Assembly: GCA_021783135.1 (NCBI GenBank)
Contig: JAJXUE010000006.1
Span: forward strand, 10,416-74,415
Direction: 5' to 3'
Length of the DNA stretch: 64,000 nt
Source of the DNA: Bacillota bacterium
GTDB taxonomy: Bacteria; Bacillota; Desulfitobacteriia; Desulfitobacteriales; JAJXUE01
Every line of letters begins with the position of its first letter. The first letter of the stretch is position 1. A model generated the notes under the pieces. The model was not told the origin of the DNA. It was given only the letters and a program-made list of their open reading frames with translations, and did not search any database. Positions 53,683 through 62,915 of this stretch are shown here, piece by piece. The position numbers and the translations under genes are program-made.

Positions 53683-54711
53683 TTAACCTTGTTTATGTTG
53701 CTCGTATAAGGCGTAGTTTCGTTTTAAAACCTCCGGAATGGGTAAATCGTAAGGGCAACGTGTGATACAGGTGCCGCATTCAATGCATTGTGGTACTGTT
53801 TCCATTACCGGGCCGGAAAACGATACCGCAACAGCAGGGGACATTCGCTTGACGACAATGGGATACCCCATGGCGGGCGTAATCTTTACGCCGTGTGGGC
53901 AGGGTTGGCAATACTCGCAGCGTCGACAAAACTGCAAGCCAAGCTCTTGACGGTATGCTGCCATTCCAGCCAAATCGGCCGCGCTAACTACATTGGGCTG
54001 GGCATAGATGGACAGAACTTCATCGAGATAATCGATTGAATCAAAGCCGGGGATAGCAATTGCCTCTTGGTACTGCCGCAAAAATTTAAAGGCAAGGGTC
54101 GCGTTGTCTATCGCGCCGCCACCAAACGGTTTCATCGCCAGAAAGCCGATATTCATTTGCTTGGTTAGACTAAGCATTTCATCTTTCGCTGCATCTTCAA
54201 TGAAATTAAAGGGAAACATTACGGTAGAGAAGAGGCAGGTTTTTATCATCTTAATGGCCATGGGGTAACTATGGGAGGTAATCCCAAGGTGACGGATTTT
54301 GCCTTGCTGCTGTGCTTTGCTGACCGCTTCCAGGGCGCCGCCGGGTGCTAAGATGGCCTCCCAGTCTTCATCCTTACTAACTTGGTGCAGCTGGTATAAG
54401 TCAATATAATCAGTCTGCAGCATGTTCAAACTGTTTTCCAGGTGTTCGGCAACACCTATTGCGTCCCGGCGACCGGTTTTTGTAGCGAGAACTATCTTGT
54501 CACGCAAACCGCGAAAGGCTAAACCGATTTTATACTCACTATCGCGATAGGCGTTAGCGGTGTCATAAAAGTTAATGCCTTGGTCAAACGCGTGGCGCAA
54601 TACCTCTATCGCCGCAGCGTCATCTAAACGAATTATCGGGATACAGCCAAAGCCAAACTCGGATATGCTCAGACCTGTTTTACCAAGAACTCTGTATTGC
54701 ATTTCTAACAC
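53683..54711 (-). CDS. aldo/keto reductase with a C-terminal Fe-S (ferredoxin-type) domain
   Basis: 342 aa. AKR N-terminus (FGFGCIPI, INFYDTANAY) and Cys clusters CRRCEYCQPCP and CIECGTCITRCP. Paralogous in architecture to the 4123-5259 gene. Confidence 0.85.
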   Translation of the reverse strand: MLEMQYRVLGKTGLSISEFGFGCIPIIRLDDAAAIEVLRHAFDQGINFYDTANAYRDSEYKIGLAFRGLRDKIVLATKTGRRDAIGVAEHLENSLNMLQTDYIDLYQLHQVSKDEDWEAILAPGGALEAVSKAQQQGKIRHLGITSHSYPMAIKMIKTCLFSTVMFPFNFIEDAAKDEMLSLTKQMNIGFLAMKPFGGGAIDNATLAFKFLRQYQEAIAIPGFDSIDYLDEVLSIYAQPNVVSAADLAGMAAYRQELGLQFCRRCEYCQPCPHGVKITPAMGYPIVVKRMSPAVAVSFSGPVMETVPQCIECGTCITRCPYDLPIPEVLKRNYALYEQHKQG

Positions 54712-54742
54712 TCCATTTCATCAAATGCTGCTAGTTAGCGGA

Positions 54743-55147
54743 TCATTCATCTTCGGAACAATAAGAATTAGCACTGGGAATCCACTTAGTCCATAAAAAT
54801 CTGATAACTGCGACGAGCGCAAATAGTAGGACGTCCAGCCAGGGAACAGTGGTATCTTGGGTAATGATAATTTTACGGACTAAAACTGTCATCAAAATGT
54901 CCATAAGGCGTGACGGAGAAGCCTTGCGGATGACGTCTCCCACTTCCAGAATAACAATAATGAGAAACAGATTATCAATCATGGGATAGAATGAATCAAA
55001 AAAATGCTTGGCATTCGTAAAGAGGGGTAACCACTTAATCGTAAAGCTAATTGCACTCAAAATTAGGAGAAGCAGTATCACTACATCGAGAAATAGGCGT
55101 ATGAGGTGCAGTGCTTTGGCCTGAATAGAGTTTATTTTATTTTGCAT
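54743..55147 (-). CDS. small integral membrane protein, PsiE-like (tentative)
   Basis: The 134-aa version starts at the ATG at 55147. It has four hydrophobic segments, and its pattern ..LEVGDVIRK......VLVRKIIIT resembles PsiE as I recall it. The longer tabulated ORF has an implausible N-terminus. Confidence 0.45.
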   Translation of the reverse strand: MQNKINSIQAKALHLIRLFLDVVILLLLILSAISFTIKWLPLFTNAKHFFDSFYPMIDNLFLIIVILEVGDVIRKASPSRLMDILMTVLVRKIIITQDTTVPWLDVLLFALVAVIRFLWTKWIPSANSYCSEDE

Positions 55148-55338
55148 ATAGGCAAACTCCTTGTTGCTCAAAAATGTAATGACTTTGCTAGTATTCTGCT
55201 TTTTCTGAGAATAATCCTGCTGAAACGACCTGAAGAGTTCGAAAGTTAGGGAATGCTTGTTGAACTTGCTGCAGCTACATGATATTTTTATTAAATAGGC
55301 GGAAAAAAGATAGCTTAGAACATAAGGTGGTGGAATCA

Positions 55339-55689
55339 ATGGGCCCAATAGAGAAGAGCAAGGTGCAAGCCAGTCTTGATGCTCTGCTGCAACGTGATGT
55401 GTACCTGCATTTAGAAACTACTAACGGCGCATATGCTGCACATTTTCAAGAAAGCAAGATGGTCGTTGGAGCATACATCCGCAATGGACGAGTTTGCTTT
55501 AGCCGAGGGGTTATTGCGGGTGACGGTCCCTATCGAGTTGGACTTAAACTGGAAATTGGCTGGGTTTACGCTGAGGGATTAACTGATTTTGAAGTTGATT
55601 CAGCAGGGCGCCTGTTGCTTGCCGGTCATGACGACCAAGGTAGACTGGCTGTTGCGCTTGAGCTCAGTGAATCTCCATTTGAAATGTAA
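55339..55689 (+). CDS. yojF: YojF-family (DUF1806) protein
   Basis: DVYLHLETTNGAYAAHF...GDGPYRVGLKLEIGWVYAEGLT resembles B. subtilis YojF as I recall it. AAGGTGG RBS. A bshB2-like gene follows, as in Bacillus. Confidence 0.6.
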   Translation: MGPIEKSKVQASLDALLQRDVYLHLETTNGAYAAHFQESKMVVGAYIRNGRVCFSRGVIAGDGPYRVGLKLEIGWVYAEGLTDFEVDSAGRLLLAGHDDQGRLAVALELSESPFEM

Positions 55690-55761
55690 AATACCGGTTC
55701 ACCATGGTTTGCATGGAGGAATGCCGGATGCAATTTTGTTTGAAGGGTAAGGAAATAATTT

Positions 55762-56433
55762 ATGGAGCGACATGTTCTTGTAGTTTTCCCCCATCCAGAC
55801 GATGAGACGTTTGGCTGTGGCGGAACCATAGCGCTATTCACGCAAGCTGGAGTGCCCGTTACTGTAGTTTGCGGTACTCTCGGTCAAATGGGACGCAATA
55901 TGGGACGCCCCTTTTTCGCTACACGTGAGTCATTGCCACACGTTCGCGAGGCGGAGTTGGAAGACGCGTGTAAAGCTTTGGGCGTGCAAAGTTTGATTAA
56001 ATTGGGTTTGCGTGATAAAACAATTGAATTTGAAGAACCGAACGCTGTGATTGATCGACTTGAACAAATCCTGCGTGAGGTTAGGCCCTCCTTGGTACTT
56101 ACGCATTATCCGAGTTATGCTGTGCATCCCGACCATAATGCGCTCGGGAGTCTTACTATCAGCGCTATTGCGCGTTTGCCGGAAGCGGAACGCCCTAAGG
56201 TGCATGCCCACGCCTTTGCCCCGGAATGTCGTGATTTAATCGGTCCACCTGACGTGGTTAATGACATCTCAAGTGTGGTGGAGATTAAGCTGGCAGCGAT
56301 CAAGGCACACGCCTCTCAATCTCAAGTGTTTTTTGGCCGCATTAATGGCGGGCAGCTAAAGGATGGCATCTCCGATGAGTTGAAACAGCGCTTCCTTAAA
56401 AATGAGACGTTTTGGACCTACCGCTTTGGCTAA
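55762..56433 (+). CDS. bshB2: PIG-L/LmbE-family deacetylase, BshB2-like (bacillithiol biosynthesis)
   Basis: VLVVFPHPDDETFGCGGTIA is the PIG-L signature. 223 aa. Synteny with yojF. Confidence 0.75.
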   Translation: MERHVLVVFPHPDDETFGCGGTIALFTQAGVPVTVVCGTLGQMGRNMGRPFFATRESLPHVREAELEDACKALGVQSLIKLGLRDKTIEFEEPNAVIDRLEQILREVRPSLVLTHYPSYAVHPDHNALGSLTISAIARLPEAERPKVHAHAFAPECRDLIGPPDVVNDISSVVEIKLAAIKAHASQSQVFFGRINGGQLKDGISDELKQRFLKNETFWTYRFG

Positions 56434-56472
56434 GAAGTGCTGCGGCAGTCAATGACGTGACGCAAAGGAGAC

Positions 56473-57267
56473 TTGTCTGTGGAGGTTACAGCTGTCGATT
56501 TTAATTCCGTACTGTTAGCCGCTCAGGATCAAGCTGATTTCCTGCGGGCTTCCAGCTATAAAGGCAAGAAAAGTTTTGTTAAACAACTGAGTGGCAATAC
56601 TTATTTTGTCAGTCTGCAGGCTAAACATCACCCAGTCAAGCTTTTGCTTGACAATGCCAATCTGCGTGTGGACAGAGATGAAAAGGTAATTGCCAAAATT
56701 GCAGAGTGGCAAAATAGGGGGCTAGTTTCAAGTCCGCACGATATTCTGGCTTTGCTGGGCTTTGAAGTGTTGGAAAGAGATGAAACTCAACTTGAAACTA
56801 TAGAAGTGGCGATGGCGGGTCTTGAAGAGAAGATTATGGCCAAGCCGCAAAAGACACAGCAAACCCAAATTCTGTACTTACACCGTCAGGCTATTTATCT
56901 TAAAAAGCAGCTTAATGAATATTTGGCCGTGTTTGTCAGGTGTCGACAGAATAATGCGTTATGGGAAGAGCTTATTCTCAGAACGCAGTCCTCGTTAGAC
57001 AACGCCCGCCAAATGGTGGAGTTGATGGAAAACCTGCGCGACGCTTATCAGGCTTCGGTCGATAATAAACTAAATGATGTCATGAAGCTGCTAACCGTAC
57101 TCGCGACGATTTTATTGCCGATTAACTTGCTTACCAGCTTTTTTGGGATGAATTTTCAGAACATGCCACTGATTCATACTAATGTTGGTATTTATCTTCT
57201 ATATCTTGTATCGGTTATATTTATCGGGGGTTCAATTATTTACTTTAAGCGCAGGGATTGGCTATAA
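56473..57267 (+). CDS. CorA-family divalent metal ion transporter (short form)
   Basis: C-terminal FFGMNF (GMN motif) followed by a transmembrane helix. 264 aa is shorter than typical CorA, and the TTG start is uncertain. Confidence 0.7.
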   Translation: MSVEVTAVDFNSVLLAAQDQADFLRASSYKGKKSFVKQLSGNTYFVSLQAKHHPVKLLLDNANLRVDRDEKVIAKIAEWQNRGLVSSPHDILALLGFEVLERDETQLETIEVAMAGLEEKIMAKPQKTQQTQILYLHRQAIYLKKQLNEYLAVFVRCRQNNALWEELILRTQSSLDNARQMVELMENLRDAYQASVDNKLNDVMKLLTVLATILLPINLLTSFFGMNFQNMPLIHTNVGIYLLYLVSVIFIGGSIIYFKRRDWL

Positions 57268-57364
57268 TTTGACAATTTTTATAGTATAATAATTGTTGTA
57301 AGGACTAGCAATGAATTAGGCAGAGCTAGTCGTTGTCTTGGTAAGTGCAAAGGAGTGAACATCA

Positions 57365-57967
57365 ATGGCTAAGGATTTTTTAACCGCAGTACAGGAACGC
57401 CGTACTTATTACGCGTTAAGTCCTGAAGCGACTGTTTCTGACGAGAGAATTCAGGAAGTTATTGAACATGCCGTAAAATTTACGCCCTCGGCGTTTAATT
57501 CGCAAACGGCGCGAGTAGTACTCTTGTTAGGGAAAAATCACACTAAGTTGTGGGAGATAACGAAAGACACCTTGCGCAAAATTGTACCTGCTGCCAATTT
57601 TGCGACAACGGAAAATAAGATTGACAGCTGTTTTCTAAGTGGGTATGGCAGTATCTTGTTTTTTGAAGAGCAAAACATAGTTAAGGGTATGCAGGAAAAA
57701 TTTCCGACTTATGCCGATAATTTTCCGATTTGGTCGCTACAATCTTCCGGAATGCTCCAATTTGTGATTTGGACGGCTTTGGAGATGGAAGGCTTTGGCG
57801 CATCTCTGCAGCATTATAACCCACTAATTGATGAGGCAGTACAAAGCGAATGGAATATTCCTGCAGCCTGGAAGCTTATCGCGCAAATGCCGTTTGGTAA
57901 GCCGCTGGCTTTGCCGGGAGATAAAGAGTTTATGCCGATGGAAGAGCGATTCAAGGTATTTAAATAA
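57365..57967 (+). CDS. nitroreductase-family oxidoreductase
   Basis: 200 aa. RRTYYAL...TPSAFNSQ is a typical NAD(P)H nitroreductase N-terminus. Confidence 0.8.
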   Translation: MAKDFLTAVQERRTYYALSPEATVSDERIQEVIEHAVKFTPSAFNSQTARVVLLLGKNHTKLWEITKDTLRKIVPAANFATTENKIDSCFLSGYGSILFFEEQNIVKGMQEKFPTYADNFPIWSLQSSGMLQFVIWTALEMEGFGASLQHYNPLIDEAVQSEWNIPAAWKLIAQMPFGKPLALPGDKEFMPMEERFKVFK

Positions 57968-57979
57968 TCAGATGCGCAC

Positions 57980-58005
57980 GACCGACGCTTGTCGGTCTTT
58001 TTTTT
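57980..58005 (+). terminator. rho-independent terminator
   Basis: GACCGAC-gctt-GTCGGTC followed by TTTTTTTT. Confidence 0.75.
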
Positions 58006-58095
58006 GGGATGATGGGGCAGTTGCCAAGCTGCGTAAAATTGATTAAAATTAATAATTGAATTTTATTACATATTAAGAATCAGGAGGTATCGAAC

Positions 58096-59928
58096 ATGAG
58101 CGCGGTGGAAACCAAAGAATTTCAAACGGAGATACGGCAATTACTTGATCTGGTCATCAACTCGCTGTACACAGATCGGGAGATTTTCCTGCGGGAACTA
58201 ATCTCCAATGCCAATGATGCCATGGAGAAGATGCGCCATCTGCAATTCACAGGGGAAAACTTAGCGGACGTACCCTTGGAAATTAATATTACTACCGATG
58301 ATGAGGCGCATACGCTCACCATTACAGATAACGGTATCGGTATGACTCGCGAAGAATTAGTGCAAAACTTGGGTACGATCGCTCACTCCGGATCGAAGGA
58401 GTTCCTCAAACATCTAAGCGCAACCCGCGGGGATCAGGATGACTTAAAACTTATCGGCCAATTCGGAGTTGGTTTTTATGCAGCTTTCATGGTTGCGGAT
58501 AAGGTCACCTTGACCAGTCGTTCTTACCAACCGGGTGCTGCAGCTCATGTTTGGATCTCCGATGGCAAAGGCAGTTATACTATTGAAGATGGCGAAGGTG
58601 CACAAGGCACTAAAATCGTGCTCCATTTGAAAGAAGATGCTTATGATTACGGCCAACCGGACACCATCCGGCGCATTATTCGCCAGTATTCTAGTTTTGT
58701 GCCTTACCCGATTAATTTAAATGGTGAGAAAGTAAACACGATTCAAGCGTTGTGGACGAAAAATAAGAGCGAAATTTCAGAAGAAGAGTATACCGAATTC
58801 TACAAATTTATCGCCAATGCCTATGATGAGCCGTTGTTTCGATTGCATTTCTCCTCAGATGCACCTTTAAATATCAATGCCTTGCTTTATGTGCCGAAGG
58901 AAAACATGGAGCGGTTTGGTTTCGGACGGATGGAAATTGGTGTAAATTTGTACTGTAAGAAGGTACTGATTCAGGAACAAGCGAAGGAAATCTTACCGGA
59001 TTGGTTGCGTTTTGTGCGGGGAGTGGTGGACAGTGAAGAATTCCCGTTAAATATCTCGCGTGAAACCATGCAAGACAGTGCCTTGGTAGCTAAACTGAAC
59101 AAGGTGGTTACCAGCCGCTTCTTGCGCTTTCTCAACGAACAGGCCAAAAATGAACCGGACAAATATAAGGAATTTTGGCAGAACTTCAATATGTTCCTTA
59201 AGGAAGGGGCCGCCAATGATTTCACGCATCGCCAAGAGCTGACGAAGTTGTTGCGGTTTGAGTCTTCAAAAACCACTGCGGATGAACTTATTTCCCTTGC
59301 GGATTACGTGGCCAGGATGCCTGAAGGTCAAACCGGGATTTACTATGCGAACGGACCGACCAGGGAAGCCATCGAAGCGGGTCCCTACTTGGAAGCCTTC
59401 CGGGATAAAGACTATGAAGTGCTCTATACACATGAGGCTATCGATGACTATGTTTTGAGTCAACTGGGTGAGTTTGAGGGTAAAAGGCTAATTTCAGCGG
59501 ATCAAACCGATTTGAATTTAGGCGAAGGTGAAGAGGCGGATGCAGCAGGGCTAGATGCGGCAGAAGTTAAGGAATTTTCTGCTTGGCTCAAGGAAGTTTT
59601 GGGCAGTAAAGTGACAGAGGTTCGCGCTTCCAAACGGTTGGTGGATAGTCCAGCCATCCTGTTAAGCCCATACGGGACGTACAGCATGCAGCGAATGATG
59701 CAGCTAATGAACCGGGATTTAAACCAAACTGCGCCGGGTATTTTAGAGATTAACGCGAAGCATCAGTTAATTAAGCGGCTAAGTGAGTTACACCAGCAGG
59801 GTGAGGACTTCGCCCAAGTTGCGGCGGAACAACTGTATGAAAACGCGCAAATTGCAGCGGGTATTATGGTTGACCCCAGAAACATGGTCGGCCGGCTGAA
59901 TGAAATATTGGCGCGTGCGTTAGGGTAA
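58096..59928 (+). CDS. htpG: molecular chaperone HtpG (Hsp90)
   Basis: 610 aa. RELISNANDA, GQFGVGFYAAF and the Hsp90 middle and C-terminal regions. Confidence 0.92.
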   Translation: MSAVETKEFQTEIRQLLDLVINSLYTDREIFLRELISNANDAMEKMRHLQFTGENLADVPLEINITTDDEAHTLTITDNGIGMTREELVQNLGTIAHSGSKEFLKHLSATRGDQDDLKLIGQFGVGFYAAFMVADKVTLTSRSYQPGAAAHVWISDGKGSYTIEDGEGAQGTKIVLHLKEDAYDYGQPDTIRRIIRQYSSFVPYPINLNGEKVNTIQALWTKNKSEISEEEYTEFYKFIANAYDEPLFRLHFSSDAPLNINALLYVPKENMERFGFGRMEIGVNLYCKKVLIQEQAKEILPDWLRFVRGVVDSEEFPLNISRETMQDSALVAKLNKVVTSRFLRFLNEQAKNEPDKYKEFWQNFNMFLKEGAANDFTHRQELTKLLRFESSKTTADELISLADYVARMPEGQTGIYYANGPTREAIEAGPYLEAFRDKDYEVLYTHEAIDDYVLSQLGEFEGKRLISADQTDLNLGEGEEADAAGLDAAEVKEFSAWLKEVLGSKVTEVRASKRLVDSPAILLSPYGTYSMQRMMQLMNRDLNQTAPGILEINAKHQLIKRLSELHQQGEDFAQVAAEQLYENAQIAAGIMVDPRNMVGRLNEILARALG

Positions 59929-59977
59929 TTAGACAACCTAGTGCTGCATAACAAGAGATTGCCTGATTAAAAAAAGG

Positions 59978-60010
59978 AGACCATGGAATACGACAATTCC
60001 ATGGTCTTTT
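59978..60010. terminator. bidirectional terminator
   Basis: AGACCATGGAAT-acgaca-ATTCCATGGTCT followed by TTT, between convergent htpG and nadE. Confidence 0.75.
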
Positions 60011-60015
60011 GCGGT

Positions 60016-61953
60016 TTATAGGTTTGCGATGTCACGCAGCCAGAGTGCAGCACTGGCATCGCTGGGCATGCGCCAATCGCCGCGCGGCGAAAGCGCGATA
60101 GAGCCAACCTTAGGCCCGTCGGGTAGACAGGAACGTTTGAACTGCTGTGAAAAGAAGCGGCTATAAAAAATTTTCAGATAGCTCTTAATGGTTGCGTGGT
60201 CATACTCACCGGCAAAGGCCAGGCAGGCAAGTAGGAAAATTTTTGCGGGTGTATACCCGAAGCGCAGCATGTTGTAGAGGAAGAAATCATGTAAAGCATA
60301 GGAACCGATGATTTGCTCGGTTTTTTGGGCAATCTGGCCTGCCTGATTCGGGGGCAGGAGCTCAGGACTAACCGGGGTGTTGGATACATCGCGTAACACG
60401 TGGGTGACCTTGGCATTATCTGTGCTATCAGCGTACCACTCCACCAGGAAACGAACTAAGGTTTTAGGAATGCTGGCGTTAACAGCATACATACTCATAT
60501 GATCTCCGTTGAAGGTAGCCCACCCTAAAGCCAGTTCTGACAAATCTCCGGTCCCGACTACCAGGCCGCTTGATTTGTTGGCTAAGTCCATTAAAATCTG
60601 GGTGCGTTCCCTGGCCTGAACGTTTTCGTAGGTGGTATCTAAGACGCTAGGGTCGTGGCCGATATCCTTGAAGTGTTGTAAGCACGCTTCGCGGATGGAA
60701 ATTTCGCGCAAATCAACTCCGAGTTCTTGCATTAACTGGAGCGCATTATTATACGTCCTATCGGTAGTGCCGAAGCCAGGCATGGTAACTGCGATTATGT
60801 CGGATCTGGGCTTGCCCAGCGTATCCAGGGCTGCTACGCATACCAGCAACGCCAAAGTGGAATCAAGTCCGCCGGAGATGCCGACTACTACCTTGGGAAT
60901 ACCCGTTTTTAGGAGGCGTTGACTTAAGCCGGTAGCTTGGATGCGAAAAATTTCGCGGCATCTATGCTCTCGTTCCTCTTTTCGGCTCGGAACGAAGGGG
61001 TACGCTTCGACTGGGCGACGGAGCTGGGGCACCGCAGGCGATTGGAGCGAGAAATTAACTGTTGTGTAACAGCGAGGTTCGACATTGCCCATATAACTGT
61101 TAAACTTGCGACGGTCATTTGCTAAGCGTTCAATATCTAGGTCGGCAACGATTGTAGCTGAGTTGGTGGGGAAAATAAGTTCGTCTAAGACTAAGCCGTT
61201 TTCTGAAATGATGGAATGTCCCCCGAAGACCACGTCCGTGGTCGATTCACTTTGTCCAGCTGAGACAAATACATAACCGGCCATACAGCGTGCGGACTGC
61301 TGCTTAACCAAATCACGGCGGTAATCTCCCTTGGCTACAACCTCATTGCTGGCGGATAAGTTGAGGATTAAATTGGCTCCATAAAGGGTGTGATAGGAAC
61401 TGGGCGGGATTACAGTCCACAAGTCTTCACATAATTCCACGCCGATGCACAGCTCAGAGTTATTGTCCTTAAACAGTAAGTTTTGCGAAAATGGTACTGT
61501 CTGGCCTGCTAACGTAATCATGTCACTCAGGCGGGTAAGTGAGGAGCTGAACCACCTTTTTTCGTAGAACTCGTTGTAGTTTGGAATGTAGGTCTTGGGC
61601 ACGACTCCGAGAATTCTGCCTTGATGAAACACCACAGCCGTGTTAAACAGTTGGTTATCAGCGGCTATGGGCATGCCGACGGCAACGACGATATCATATG
61701 AGGCCAAATCGGCTACTAACTGCTCCAGCTCGGCAGCCGCCGCTGTTAATAATTTGTGCTGGAGAAATAAATCGGCGCAAGTATACCCTGTAAGACAAAG
61801 CTCAGGGAATACCAGTACTTGGACCTGTGTATCCTGTACTGCGGCCTCAACTAACTGTTTTATTGACGCGGCATTTGCGCTTGGGTCGCCGATATGCAAG
61901 TCAGGCACGGCGGTCCCCACCCGAATATAACTATATTGCTGTAAGCTAAGCAT
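60016..61953 (-). CDS. nadE: glutamine-dependent NAD+ synthetase
   Basis: 645 aa. N-terminal carbon-nitrogen hydrolase domain (VFPELCLTGY) plus the NAD synthetase PP-loop GISGGLDS. Confidence 0.9.
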   Translation of the reverse strand: MLSLQQYSYIRVGTAVPDLHIGDPSANAASIKQLVEAAVQDTQVQVLVFPELCLTGYTCADLFLQHKLLTAAAAELEQLVADLASYDIVVAVGMPIAADNQLFNTAVVFHQGRILGVVPKTYIPNYNEFYEKRWFSSSLTRLSDMITLAGQTVPFSQNLLFKDNNSELCIGVELCEDLWTVIPPSSYHTLYGANLILNLSASNEVVAKGDYRRDLVKQQSARCMAGYVFVSAGQSESTTDVVFGGHSIISENGLVLDELIFPTNSATIVADLDIERLANDRRKFNSYMGNVEPRCYTTVNFSLQSPAVPQLRRPVEAYPFVPSRKEEREHRCREIFRIQATGLSQRLLKTGIPKVVVGISGGLDSTLALLVCVAALDTLGKPRSDIIAVTMPGFGTTDRTYNNALQLMQELGVDLREISIREACLQHFKDIGHDPSVLDTTYENVQARERTQILMDLANKSSGLVVGTGDLSELALGWATFNGDHMSMYAVNASIPKTLVRFLVEWYADSTDNAKVTHVLRDVSNTPVSPELLPPNQAGQIAQKTEQIIGSYALHDFFLYNMLRFGYTPAKIFLLACLAFAGEYDHATIKSYLKIFYSRFFSQQFKRSCLPDGPKVGSIALSPRGDWRMPSDASAALWLRDIANL

Positions 61954-62129
61954 ACATTATAAATCCTTTCCGAATAAATCCTATCCGTGGTTTTGCTTAG
62001 TATGGCACGCTAAAGATGGCAGGATACGACAATTCAAAGCTAATACATAGATAATGTTTTGCAGATAACGATTCTAGCAAACTTGCTCAAAAACCTGCAG
62101 GATGTCGAAAAGTTAAATGTAAATGATAA

Positions 62130-62173
62130 TTCAGCCTACTTTCAGCTTTCCTTCAGTATCAATTCAGCCTAAT
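62130..62173 (+). promoter_or_regulatory. four direct TTCAG repeats phased at exactly 11 bp (candidate OmpR-family response regulator binding array)
   Basis: TTCAGCCTACT / TTCAGCTTTCC / TTCAGTATCAA / TTCAGCCTAAT, ending 59 nt upstream of the response regulator ATG. Confidence 0.5.
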
Positions 62174-62231
62174 ATTAAATAATAGATAAGAAGGAATAAA
62201 AGGTGCTCAATTTTGGAAGGAGACCAACTGC

Positions 62232-62915
62232 ATGCAAAAGTTAAAAGGGATTAAGATATTGTTGGTCGATGACGAACCTAATATTTTACAATTTTTAGAG
62301 ATGGGACTTGTCAATGAAGGGTTCGAGGTAGTGACCTCGCCGGATGGTCTGACCGCTGTGACGCTTGCGAGCCAGTTTGAGCCCCATATTGTGATTCTCG
62401 ACGTGATGATGCCCGGCATGGATGGACTGGAAGTATGCCGCATGCTAAAAAAGTCGGGGAATATTGCGGTCATCATGTTGACAGCCAAAGATGAAGTCGA
62501 GGACAGGGTCAAAGGACTGACTATTGGTGCCGACGACTACATGGCGAAACCGTTTAGTTTTGAGGAATTGCTGGCGCGAATTAACGCTAGGATTCGTAAT
62601 CAGTTCCCTAATCTGTTGGGAGAGGTAGTTATCGGACCTTTTCGTGTCGATGATCGACGCAAAGAAATTGTGTTCAATGAGCGGGTGCTCGAGCTTTCCC
62701 CCACGGAGTATGACCTGCTTAAGTTTATGGTATTAAATCAAGGTCTCGTACTAAGCAAGACCATGATACTCGATAAAGTATGGGGTTATGATTTTGCGGG
62801 TGAGGAGAATATTGTCGAGGTTTATATCCGGTCGTTGCGGGAAAAATTAAGTGACAAGGAGCACCGTCTCATTCGTACGTTGCGCGGTGCGGGGTACAGG
62901 GTAGATTTATCATGA
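62232..62915 (+). CDS. OmpR/PhoB-family response regulator
   Basis: Receiver domain (ILLVDDE...IVILDVMMPGMDG...TAK) and a winged-helix C-terminus (LRGAGYRV). Confidence 0.9.
   Translation: MQKLKGIKILLVDDEPNILQFLEMGLVNEGFEVVTSPDGLTAVTLASQFEPHIVILDVMMPGMDGLEVCRMLKKSGNIAVIMLTAKDEVEDRVKGLTIGADDYMAKPFSFEELLARINARIRNQFPNLLGEVVIGPFRVDDRRKEIVFNERVLELSPTEYDLLKFMVLNQGLVLSKTMILDKVWGYDFAGEENIVEVYIRSLREKLSDKEHRLIRTLRGAGYRVDLS

Noticed and set aside
55148-55348. 67-codon N-terminal extension of the PsiE-like ORF
   Set aside because: The extension has a non-membrane, low-complexity sequence and overlaps the divergent yojF upstream region. The internal ATG at 55147 gives a protein of family-typical length.
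61954-62100. NAD+ riboswitch or NiaR-type site upstream of nadE
   Set aside because: The leader shows no element I can match to the nadA-motif riboswitch consensus and no convincing dyad.
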